The translations under genes and the position numbers were made by a program. A stretch of 64,000 nt of DNA from Eledone cirrhosa (taxonomy: Eukaryota). Below are positions 1 through 11,314 of this stretch, piece by piece. Position 1 is the stretch's first letter, and the number at the start of each line of letters is the position of its first letter. A model generated the notes under the pieces. That model searched no databases and was not told the origin of the DNA. It saw only the letters and a program-made list of their open reading frames with translations. Location: positions 83,266,001 through 83,330,000 of the forward strand of contig OZ024745.1 in NCBI GenBank assembly GCA_964016885.1, written 5' to 3'.

Positions 1-2432
1 TGTAAATCGTGATGGCTAATCCGTCACATAAACAGAAGACCGGATTAGCGAATTAGTTAAGGGTGCGTTGACGGGGCCATCGTCAACAACAGGTGGTGCT
101 TTACCCTGAAAAGGGCTATTAGTGTAGAATCAATAAGGTTTAGCAAAGGAGTAGTGATAGAGGATAATAGAGTAGAGGAAGAGTTTGTTAGAAAGCTAGA
201 AGAGGCGTTTGGGACAGGCATCGCAACCGACGTGCTTGCGGCGAGATTGGCACTCGACCAATTCTTCAACGCAAAGCATGAAGGCTGCGTTGTCAGATCT
301 AGAACGCGTGCTCTAAGACACGAGGACGAAAGCCGTTCAATGGGCCCGAGTGGTGGAGGCGCGACGTGGCAACAAGTCCATAATTCGGTCTTTGCCTGAT
401 CAAAACGGGCGCATGCTGCTCGAAAGCGAGCAGATGTGTGCGGCTTTTCAACAGCACTTTGCTCAATTATTAGGGAGCGGTGGCGGGACGGATTGGAGTA
501 TGTACTTCGTTGCATACTTCGACGAACTGCCGAGGCTCACGACGACCGCACCGCAGTGTTGCGAAAAGCCGATAACAGCAGGTGAAATACGGGGTGTGGT
601 GTCTGACTGCATGAGCGGTAAATCGCCAGGTTTGGATGGTCTGCCCTACGAGCTTTATGCTTATATGCCAGACTTGTTCGGCGACCTCTTGGCAGATAGC
701 TACTGTAACTGGGAGCAGAACGGGAGCATTCCCAGTTTTGTGAGCCGGGGAGTGGAGGCGCTGCTGAGAAAAGACCCGAACAGAGGGACGTTATAGACAA
801 TTTCAGGCCCATAACTCTGCTAAACGACGAGTTTAAGATTTTGGTCAAGGTGTCGAGCACCAAACTCGTCCAGATGCTCGGCACAACTCTTAAGGAATAC
901 GAAGCGGTGACAGGAGCAAAGATAAACCAGGAAAGGTTGGTGGGCTTGCAACTGGGCTCCTGGAGAGGCAAGACCATGCCGTCCGACAGTGTCGTGGGGC
1001 GCTGGACGGAAGGACCAGTTAAGTTCCTCGAGATCTGGTTCGTTCCGGACCTCCAGATGGAGAATAACTGGAGCGATGTGACGAGCAGGCTGGCCTCTCT
1101 CACACAGAAATGGGCCAAGAGGAGGCTGTCTCTGAAAGGTCGGGTGGAGGTGGTGAATGCGTACATAGCGTCCGTCATCTGCTACCGCCTGACCGTCGTA
1201 CCTTGCCCCCGCCCAATTCTGACCAAAATGGAGCGCCTTCTCTTCTGCTTTTTTGTCGAAGGGACATGCTACCATGGTCAGACGATCCATTTTCTGTCAG
1301 CACCCGTTGCGTGTAGGACTATGTATGCCGTGGTTGATGATGCGCAAACATACGCTGAGGCTGCGACATCACTGGTGCTTCCTTGACGGTGAACACTTGT
1401 GGTCGCCGTTTGTCAGACGCACTTTTCCCCAGCTCGTCTCCTTGGCGGAGCTGCAGTCCTGGATCAGGAAAAGACCGAGGGATAGCGCTTGGAAGCTGGA
1501 ATGTCTCCAAGCGTTCACCGCGCTCTACCGGCTGGGCAATAGTATCGGTGGAACATCCACCTCGGCGTTCTATAGAGGGCTAGTGGAAGGAAAGAGCGAC
1601 GATGTCCTCGGGGAGACTCTGGGCGTCGAAGACAATCAGCTGTACGCTCTCTTCAAGGGGACTTTCAGACCGGGACCTATGGACAACTTCCAGGAATCTC
1701 TGGCCTGGAAGTGCTACCGAGGAGCGTTGCCGGTTCGGAATAAGCTCTACAGGCACGGAGATGCTGTCAGCTGAGCTTGTCCGAGATGCGCTCAGGGCGA
1801 CGAAACCGTTCAGTGCCCGAGGATTGCTAACTTGTGGAGCTATGTCGAACAGCTGCTGTCGCGCGTAGGACGGATCCGGTTATCGACTGAGTCCATTGTG
1901 CAGATAGACCCGCCATCCTCCTTTAAAGAGGAGGAAGGGCAGGCGGTTTTCATCTGCCTGGTGTCCATGGCGAAAAAGATTGTTTGGTGGACAAGATTGA
2001 AAGGGTTGAAGACGGACACTTTCCTCTCCGGCCAATCCCTGATTAACTTTTTCAAGTTTCACTTGAAGAGGAACATCAGGGTGGGGAGGCAAGTGCTGTC
2101 TTCTAGTAAGTTTGTTGAAAGGTGGGTGAAAGTGGCGTGTCTGGTCCGAGTGTACGCCTGTAGACTGGGGAGTGGGAAAGTGAGAGAGGGCGCTGCCCTG
2201 GTGGTCAGGGTGACGATGGTCTTTTGTGTGGTTTTAATCGCGAGTGACCCTCGGAGGTTTACCCCTTCTTGGGGAATTTTTGTTGATTGAATTTTTGTTG
2301 TATTTCTCGCTCGATTTTGTTATAACCAGTTTACACGACAAAAACCTACTTTGTATCGTCCAGTACTGTTCTGTGCCGTCTCTAATGTTTTTCTTGATGT
2401 CAGCCCTTGTGGTCAATAAAGAAACCATTATT
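1..2432 (+). mobile_element. Tx1/L1-clade non-LTR retrotransposon copy 1 (degraded ORF2 + 3'UTR; starts before window)
   Basis: Frameshifted ORF pieces 154-399, 350-796 (KSPGLDGLPYE), 841-1386, 1253-1774 and 1832-2290 are colinear with ORF2 at 13861-16731. RT core is deleted at ~850. Ends CCCTTGTGGTCAATAAAGAAACC(ATT)n. Confidence 0.92.
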
Positions 2433-2435
2433 ATA

Positions 2436-2556
2436 AAGGTTAACTTTGCCTTTCATCCTTACGGGGTCGATAAATTAAAGTACCAGTAATGTACAGGGTA
2501 ATTGCTGGCCTTGTGCCAAAAGTAGAAACAATTATTATTATTATTATTATTATTAT
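2436..2556 (+). mobile_element. 5'-truncated tRNA-derived SINE with (ATT)n tail
   Basis: Near-identical to the 3' half of the SINE at 22982-23170 (GCCTTTCATCCTTACGGGGTCGATAAA...CCTTGTGCCAAAAGTAGAAACAATTATT). Confidence 0.85.
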
Positions 2557-4996
2557 TTGCATTTATCTTTCTTTATGTTCATACGAGTTATCACCAAGTC
2601 ACAACCAGTGACCTCAAGAGACAACAAGGTCCGCCATGTTCAAGAAAGAACATACATATTCACACATGCATCCTTAGTGTTTAGACTTGTGATGTACTTA
2701 TATTGACAGGATCTTCCTTAGTATATGGGCAGTTCCCATTAGTACTATCTTTTGTATTTCTCCTATACGCGGGTTTCCTGGGATTTGCGATAAGTAGTCG
2801 TTAGACCCCTTAGGTATCATTCCCAGAGCGCCTACAACCACTGGTATTGTTTTAGTTCTCAATTTCCACATTTTTCAAATTTCTATCTCCAGGTCCTTAT
2901 ACTTGCTCAATTTTTCAAATGTTTTTATAGATACATTCTTGTCTATTGGAACAGACATATCAATTAGCAGGCATACCCTCCTTTGAAAGTCCTTCAACAT
3001 TATATCAGGTCTATTTGCATCTATTTTTCGGTCTGTTTGCATGCTAAAGTTCCACAAGATTGAGATGTGATCTTTTTCAAGTATGGGAGGTGGTTGATGC
3101 TCCCACCAATTCTTTTGATGGGGCAGGTCAAAATGCTTACACATTATCCAATGTATGTATTGTGCAGCTCTGTCATGCCTGTTTAGGTATTCGGTTGGAG
3201 CTATAGGACTGCACATTGAAATTATATGGTCAATGGTCTCTGGTTGTTTTTTGCATACACGGCATAATGGGCTGCATCCATTTTTTATTATGTTGGCTTG
3301 GTAATTTTTTGTTGGCAGACACTGATCTTGTGCCGATATAATCAGTCCTTCAGTCTCCGATTTCAGTCCAGAGGATGCCAACTACTGATGGGTTAAAGTT
3401 TTGTCAACATCAGGATTGTTAGCTCGCTCTGGGTATTTTCCATACAGAGGCTTTTCTTCCCATTTCTTAGCCAGTTTCTATAGCAGTTCTTTCTTTGCAG
3501 TTACTTTTACCTGCTTTGCTTTTTCTGTGTTTTCCATTTCAGCAGTAAATGGGACTTCTGAAATTTGTAATCCATTACTGTATCTTTGTGCATCTTTTGT
3601 AATGTAATATGATCTTTTGGTTTTTTTCGTGTTTCAAAACGAGTTTGATCATCCAATCATGTGATTCCCTTAGATATGTGGATAATCCAATTGTTGCAGT
3701 TTTCAACGCAATGTCTAACTGGATTAACCCACGTCCTCCCTCTTTCCTAGGGAGATATATTCTATCTATGTCTGACTTAGGGTGATGCATTCTGTGCATG
3801 GTTAAGAATTTTCGGATTTTTGTATCGAGCCTACGGATCTCTGTGCTTGACCAGTTGATGACATTGTAACTGTAGGTTACTACTGGTATGGCAAGCGTGT
3901 TTATGGCATCGATCCTATTCCTTGCATTCAATTCCGTTCTTAAGATTGCTCTTACTCTGCGGTAACATTCCTTCCTTATCCTTTCCCTCATTGTCGAGTG
4001 CTTGATTCCGTCTCCTTCACAAACACCTAGATATTTGTAAGTTTTTTCTTGATCAAGCTCTCTTATCACGTTCCCCCGATCAAGATTAATGTCTGAACTC
4101 TTCAGCAGCTTTCCTCTGGTGAACGTTGCTTTGGCGCATTTATCCAGTCCAAACTCCATTTTAATGTCATCACTGAACTGCTTCACAGTGGATAATAGCC
4201 CTTGCAATTGTTCATCATTTTTTGCAAATAGTTTCAGGTCATCCATGTAGAACAGGTGATTAATGGTTTTGTCATAGACTCTATATCCATGTTTTGTTTC
4301 ATTGAGCATTTTACTTAATGGTATAAGCGCGATGCAGAATAAAAGCGGTGATAAAGAGTCACCCTGAAAAATTTCACAATTAATGTTAACTTCTCCAGCT
4401 TCCAGTGATTTTGTTTCACTATTCAAAAGGAGTGTCGTTCTCCATGTCCTCATACTGAATGACAAAAACCTCCTGACAACGGGGGATATTTTGAAAATCT
4501 CTAAACATTTTTCAATCCAACTGTCTGGCAAACTATCGAATGCTTTTTTATAATCTATCCAAGCAATCGATAGATTTTTGTGTCTATTATGAAAATCTTC
4601 CAGTATCATTTTGTTAACCAGAAGCTGATTCTTACAGCCATATTAGCCTCGTTTACACCCTTTCTGCTCAATGGGAAATAGGTCATTTGTTATCAGGTGG
4701 TCATATGTGTATTCAGTTAGGACTGATGTTAAAATGTTATACATTGTGGTCAAGCGGGTTATCGGTCTGTAATTTTGGGGATTGTTTGTCTCATCATTCT
4801 TCGGTAGCAGGAATGTAATGCCGTTAACTAGCCATGATGGTATCTTTTCTGGCTCCTTAACTATTTCATTGTAAAGTTGGGCTAACAGCTCATGAGACTC
4901 TGTGAAGGCATTTATCCAAAAGTTTTGTATTTTGTCTTTTCCTGGGGATTTCCATTTGCTGGTTTTTCTTAGAGCCGAGCGCAGCTGTTCAACTGT
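2557..4996 (-). mobile_element. R4/Dong-type RT-RLE non-LTR retrotransposon, family A, 5'-truncated pseudogene
   Basis: RT motifs WIDYKKAFD, FQGDSLSP and YMDD (3575-4609). CCHC knuckle CRVC..ETIDHI..C, RHD and RPD..IDMSVP RLE motifs (2875-3381). C-terminus GTAHILRKILSI* at ~2698. Flanked on both sides by (TAA)n. Confidence 0.92.
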
Positions 4997-4998
4997 TA

Positions 4999-5035
<37 letters not shown>

Positions 5036-5044
5036 GTTGTTATT

Positions 5045-6758
5045 CCTTGAATCTCAGTCATTGATGTTGGTTAACTGGAAAGTCCGTTGGATTGAATATC
5101 AAGCCACTACCTGCAGCCTCAGATATTCAGGACGTATCGGAGGGTTCTTGCTGTTCCAAGCAAGCATGCCTTTTGAAGCGTTCAAAAAGCGTGAAGGGGC
5201 CGATTTTCTTTAACCATCCCTGGAAACTTTTGGAGATAGTCCCCAGTGCGCCTATGACAATCGGGATCACTTTGACTTCATGGCAGTTCCAAATCCTTTT
5301 CACCTCCCACTTTAGGTCCTGGTATCGGTTAATTTTCTCCCTCTCCTTCTCTTGCACTCTCGTGTCGAATGGGCAGGCCACATCCACAATCAGGCACGAT
5401 CTTTTTTCTTTGTCCACAACCACCAGGTCAGGTCTATTGTGTTCCAGTTTTTTGTCCGTCTGTATCCTAAAATCCCACAGTACCTTCACCTGATTGTTCT
5501 CCATCACCGCCTCTGGCCTATGCTCATACCATTTCTCAGAATGTGGTAAATTGTTTACTTTGCACAGGTGCCAGTGGATCACCCTGCCCATCACATCGTG
5601 TCTCCAGCCCTTATAGTTGGTCTGGGCTAGGTGTTTACACTCGGACACAATGTAAGCCACAGTCTCCTCTCTCTCTCCACAGATCCTGCACAGTGGGCTA
5701 GCCTCCTCCTTGTAGATATGGTGCTTCAACCACTTAGTTTTGAGGGCCTGCTCCTGCGCAGCCATTAGCTTTCCTTCTGTAGCCTTTTTGAGGTCTCCTC
5801 TTCTCAACCAGTTCCATGTCTGTGGATCTCTAAATTCAGTTTTCTCAAAGAAGGTACTATGAAGGGATTTTCCCCTAAGGCTGCTCTTCCTCCTTGATGT
5901 TATTTCCTCCTTGGACATCCCCTGGCCTACTGTCCCCTCCTTCAGTACAGTTCTGAGCATTGGCTCCTTACTATAGGTCACGTATTTGTATAGGTTGTTT
6001 TTCTCCATCTGAACACAGTCCTCTATGCTGATAAGACCTCTTCCACCCTCAGATCTCCTTAGGTAGAGTCTATCGACATCACTCCTCTTGTGGAACATGT
6101 TGTAGATAGTCAATAGCTTCCTAGTCTTCCTATCCATTTCTTTTTGTTCAGCAACATTCCATCTCAGAATTCCCGCACTGTACCTAATAATAGACATAGC
6201 TCGGGAATTTACTGCGCTTATGGCATTTCTGCTGTTCAGATGTGACTTCAATACGCTCCTTACTCTCCGAATGTATTCAGTTCTTAACAATTCCTTCATT
6301 TTTTTGTTCTTTATGCCATCAGCTTCCAGAACGCCTAAATACTTGTATCCTTCCTCAGAGTCAATTTCCTTTATCATCTCACCTGTTGGTATCTGGATCC
6401 CGTCACTTCTGCTCAACCTACCCCTCTTCATCACAATGACTCCACATTTACCAATACCAAACTGCATACATATATCACTGCTGAAAATACGGACAGTGTC
6501 AACAAGCACATCCAACTCCTTCTCACTTTTCCCGAAGAGCTTAAGATCGTCCATGAAGAGGAGGTGATTGATGGTAAGCTCTCCCCTTCCCAACTTGTAT
6601 CCTGCTCTCACTTTCCGCAGCATAATGGTCAAGGGCATCAGGGCAAGGACAAACAACAGAGGGGACAGGCTATCTCCCTGGAAGATACCTCTCTTGATCT
6701 TCACGCTTCCCAAGGATACTCCAGTTGATGTCAACTCTGTCTCCCAGGACCCCATACT
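5045..6758 (-). mobile_element. R4/Dong-type element, family B, 5'-truncated copy B1
   Basis: ORF 5127-6755 with FQGDSLSP, FMDD, CRICG..ETVAYIVSEC and RPDLVV..IVDVACP. One frameshift near the C-terminus (true end RYVLNI* ~5119). Bounded by (TTA)n at 4997-5044 and 6759-6823. Confidence 0.93.
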
Positions 6759-6759
6759 C

Positions 6760-6823
<64 letters not shown>

Positions 6824-6825
<2 letters not shown>

Positions 6826-9800
6826 CTTGAATCTCAGTCATTGATGTTGGTTAACTGGAAAGTCCGTTGGATTGAATATCAAGCCACTACCTGCAGCCTC
6901 AGATATTCAGGACGTATCGGAGGCAGTTCCAAATCCTTTTCACCTCCCACTTTAGGTCCTGGTATCGGTTAATTTTCTCCCTCTCCTTCTCTTGCACTCT
7001 CGTGTCGAACGGGCAGGCCACATCCACAATCAGACACGATCTTTTTTCTTTGTCCACAACCACCAGGTCAGGTCTATTGTGTTCCAGTTTTTTGTCCGTC
7101 TGTATCCTAAAATCCCACAGCACCTCCACCTGATTGTTCTCCATCACCGCCTCTGGCCTATGCTCATACCATTTCTCAGAATGTGGTAAATTGTTTACTT
7201 TGCACAGGTGCCAGTGGACCACCCTGCCCATCACATCGTGTCTCCAGCCCTTATAGTTGGTCTGGGCTAGGTGTTTACACTCGGACACAATGTGAGCCAC
7301 AGTCTCCTCTCTCTCTCCACAGATCCTGCACAGTGGGCTAGCCTCCTCCTTGTAAATATGGTGCTTCAACCACTTCGTTTTGAGGGCCTGCTCCTGCGCA
7401 GCCATTAGCATTCCTTCTGTAGCCTTTTTGAGGTCTCCTCTTCTCAACCAGTTCCATGTCTGTGGATCTCTAAATTCAGTTTTCTCAAAGAAGGTACTAT
7501 GAAGGGATTTTCCCTTAAGGCTGCTCTTCCTCCTTGATGTTATTTCCTCCTTGGACATCCCCTGGCCTACTGTCCCCTCCTTCAGTACAGTTCTGAGTAT
7601 TGGCTCCTTACTATAGGTCACGTATTTGTATAGGTTGTTTTTCTCCATCTGAACACAGTCCTCTATGCTGACAAGACCTCTTCCACCCTCAGATCTCCTT
7701 AGGTAGAGTCTATCGATATCACTCCTCTTGTGGAACATGTTGTAGATAGTCAATAGCTTCCTAGTCTTCCTATCCATTTCTTTTTGTTCAGCAACATTCC
7801 ATCTCAGAATTCCCGCACTGTACCTAATAATAGACACAGCTCGAGAATTTACTGCGCTTATGGCATTTCTGCTGTTCAGATGTGACTTCAATACGCTCCT
7901 TACTCTCCGAATGTATTAAGTTTTTAACAATTCCTTCATTTTTTTGTTCTTTATGCCTCCAGAACGCCCAAATACTTGTATCCTTCCCCAGAGTCAATTT
8001 CCTTTATCATCTCACCTGTTGGTATCTGGATTCCGTTACTTCTGCTCAACCTATCCCTCCTCATCACAATGACTCCACATTTACTAATACCAAACTGCAT
8101 ACATATATCACTGCTGAAAATATGGAGTGTGTCCAGAAGCACATCCAACTCCTTCTCACTCTTCCCGAAGAGCTTAAGATCGTCCATGAAGAGATGATTG
8201 ATGGTAAGCTCTCCGTTTCCCAACTTGTATCCTGCTCTCACTTTTCGCAGCATAATGGTCAAGGGCATCAGGGCAAGGACAAACAACAGAGGGGACAGGC
8301 TATCTCCCTGGAAGATACCTCTCTTGATCTTCACGCCTCCCAAGGTTTCTCCACCCGATGTTAACTCTGTTTTCCAGGACTTCAAACTTTTGCTCAACAA
8401 CTGTCTGATGTTATCTGCCACCTTGAAGATCTCCATGCTTTTGGTGATCCAAGAATGAGGCACCATGTCAAATGCCTTTTTGTAATTAATCCATCCCATG
8501 GCAAGACCAGTGTGTCTCCTCTTGCAATTCCTCATTACCATCTTATCAATAAGTAACTGGTCTTTTGTACCACGGGAGTTCTTTCGGCATCCTTTCTGTT
8601 CGTCCGGTAACAAGTTGTTTATATGGAGGTGATGGTAGATTTCGTCAGGCACAATGCTTGTTAACAGTTTCCACATTACAGATAGACATGTGATAGGTCT
8701 ATAGTTGGTAACATCATTACCCTTGATTCTGTCTTTCATTACTAGAACTGTGGTACCTTTTGTCAACCACTCTGGTACCTTACCCGACATCAAGCAGTCA
8801 TTGAACATGGTTGTCAGTTTAGTGTGGAGGGATGTTATATTTTGAATCCAATACTGGGCCTGTTGGTGTGCTTGTTCACTAATCTCCTTTTGGACTGTTT
8901 CAATCCACACTGTCTGATCATTATGTTCAACATCCTGCTCCCATATTCTTCTCCAGAATGTCTTAGTCTGTTCCGCCTCAGGGATCAAGTCGTTGCCTCT
9001 TTCTTTCTCTTCAAGCTGTCCAAACAACATCTTCTGTTGGTTGTAAAACATGCGGTTGTGTCTATACTGACTGACTCTGCTCTCATACCACCTAATGCAC
9101 TCTTTGCTACAATGCGTTGCTTCAGTTCCTCTATGATTGATATTTAGCTTTTCCTCCTAGTTTTGTACTTTATTTCCAGTCTATTTTTAGTGTCTATGTT
9201 TTGTAGTGTCCCATTCAGAAGGGACTCAAGCTTTCCAATGTAATCGTCCGGTAACAAGTTGTTTGTGTGGAGGTGATGGTAGATTTCCTCAGACACAATG
9301 CTCGTCAACAGTTTCCACATTACGGACAGACATGTGATCGGTCTATAGTTGGTAACATCATTACCCTTGATTCGGTCTTTCATTATCAGAACTCTGGTAC
9401 CTTTTGTCAACCACTCTGGCACCTCACCCGACACCAAGCTGTCATTGAACATGGCCGTCAGCTTCGGGTGGAGGGATGTTATATTTTAATCCAATACCCC
9501 TGCACACCATCTGGGCCTGGTGATTTCCAGTTGGTTAGTTTTTTGGCCTGCCCCTTAAGAGTTTCAACTGTGATACTCAAATCAGTTTGTTGTTGTGCCT
9601 GCTCACCGATCTCCCTCTGTACTGTCTCAATCCACCCTGCCTGGTCATTATGTCTAACATCCTGCTCCCTTATTCCTCTCCAGAATGTTTTAGTTTGTTC
9701 CGCCCCAGGGATCAAGTCGTTGCCTCTTTCTTTCCCCTCAATCTGTCCAAACAGCATCTTCTGGTTGTTGTCGAACATGCGGTTCTGTTTATACTGACTG

Positions 9801-11030
9801 ACTCTGTTCTCGTATCGCCTGATTTTTGCACTCTTTGCTACAATGCTTTGCTTCAGTTCCTCTATGATAATATTTATCTTTTTCCTCCTAGTTTTGTACT
9901 TTATTTCCAGTCTATTTTTAGTGCCTATGTTTTTTAGTGTCCCATTCAGTAGTGACTCATGCTTTCCTATGTCATTTCTCATTTCCTTCATTTGACCACT
10001 CAGTCGTTTCTTCCACCAAGGCTCTGCTCTTTCTTGTCTGTTGATTCCTATCGCTTTTATACCAAGTAGTATCCTCACCGTATTTGCTGTTGCTTTGAGG
10101 ATATTGTTGCACTGGTGAAGGCTCCTCGCCTCAAGGTATGGGATGACTTTGTTTACCTTAGCTGTTGTTTCTTTTAACTTGTTCCTGTCTACAAATCTTA
10201 GGTTCATAGGTCTCCCACTATCATTGTTCAATTCATCTACCACTAAATTTAGGATGTCAACCGAATCTTGTCCTAGCCCGTCAGCATTCATCTCCTCAGT
10301 GGCTGTATCTCTGTTCCAGATATTATTTATCTCAGTATTCAGATCATTGTCTGCTTCGGGTTGTTCCTCCGTTCTCTCGACCTCTTCACCTTCATTTCCC
10401 ACTGGCTCGTTTATCTGGCATATTACACCCTCCATCTCCAAGCTATTCTCTCTGCTCAGTTCCTCCAGCTCCAGCTCGCTTATCCACCCATTAGTTCTTA
10501 TTACCCGAGCCTGCCCGGCCAATTTTTGTTCATCTAATTTAAATAGACCAATCTCGTTCCAGATGTTATGCATCCGTCTCCTATAGCCCCTCTCCTTGGG
10601 GTTACTTTTCAGGTAACATTGAATAACAGTTCTATTCAATTCTTTCGTCCAGTTGGTTCTGGCCCCTTTCCTTCTTCTTCTTCCTCCGACACCAGCAGTA
10701 TTTGGTTGACAGCCAGGTTCCTGCTGCTGAGCCAGGGGGCACCTGTTGGGTGAGAGTCTGTCACATGACGTTCTAGTCTCCGTTTCACCGTTTTTCGAAC
10801 TGTTTAGGTTCGATATTTAAACACCCTTATCGAGGATAGGCGAATGTATGGTCACATAGCCATCTGTGGATTCACCGTCGCCGGTGTTTGCGCCGCTCCA
10901 CTTGGCACTTGTGTGGCATTATCACCACGCTGTCAACGAACACAAATAAACAAACAAACACACAGGCAGAAAATACCCCAAAAAGGAATAAGCATAAGTT
11001 TCATTGTAATGTAGTGTTCGAATGTCTGAC
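6824..11030 (-). mobile_element. R4/Dong-type family B, composite near full-length copy (B2+B3) with internal duplication and deletions
   Basis: ORF pieces 9479-10816 (N-terminus, WTKELN..CY), 9144-9452, 7951-9051 (RT) and 6899-7891 (CCHC/RLE). 3'UTR is the same as B1. 5' end abuts (TTA)n at 11031-11088. Confidence 0.9.
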
Positions 11031-11073
<43 letters not shown>

Positions 11074-11314
11074 CATTATTATTATTATGGCCGCACATGT
11101 GTGAAAACAGACAAGTCTGCGGGGGAAACGGTTCGTAGCTTTAAGCTGTTTTAAAGTGTCATTTTTTTGTATTTTCTTGTCATTAACGAAACTTAAGGTA
11201 CACATCTTGATTTAAAGAGAGGGATACCTCTCAATATTCGGGCTTTAAGCCCGAATATTCAGATTTATTTTTAAAATCTTCGAAAAAAAATCGCTTCCCC
11301 ACCAAAAGAAAATT

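Noticed and set aside
10800-11030. HDV-like ribozyme at the Dong 5' end (CCTATCCTCGATAAGG resembles P3/L3)
   Set aside because: Could not assemble P1, P1.1, P2 and J4/2 by eye. Left unannotated pending a motif search.
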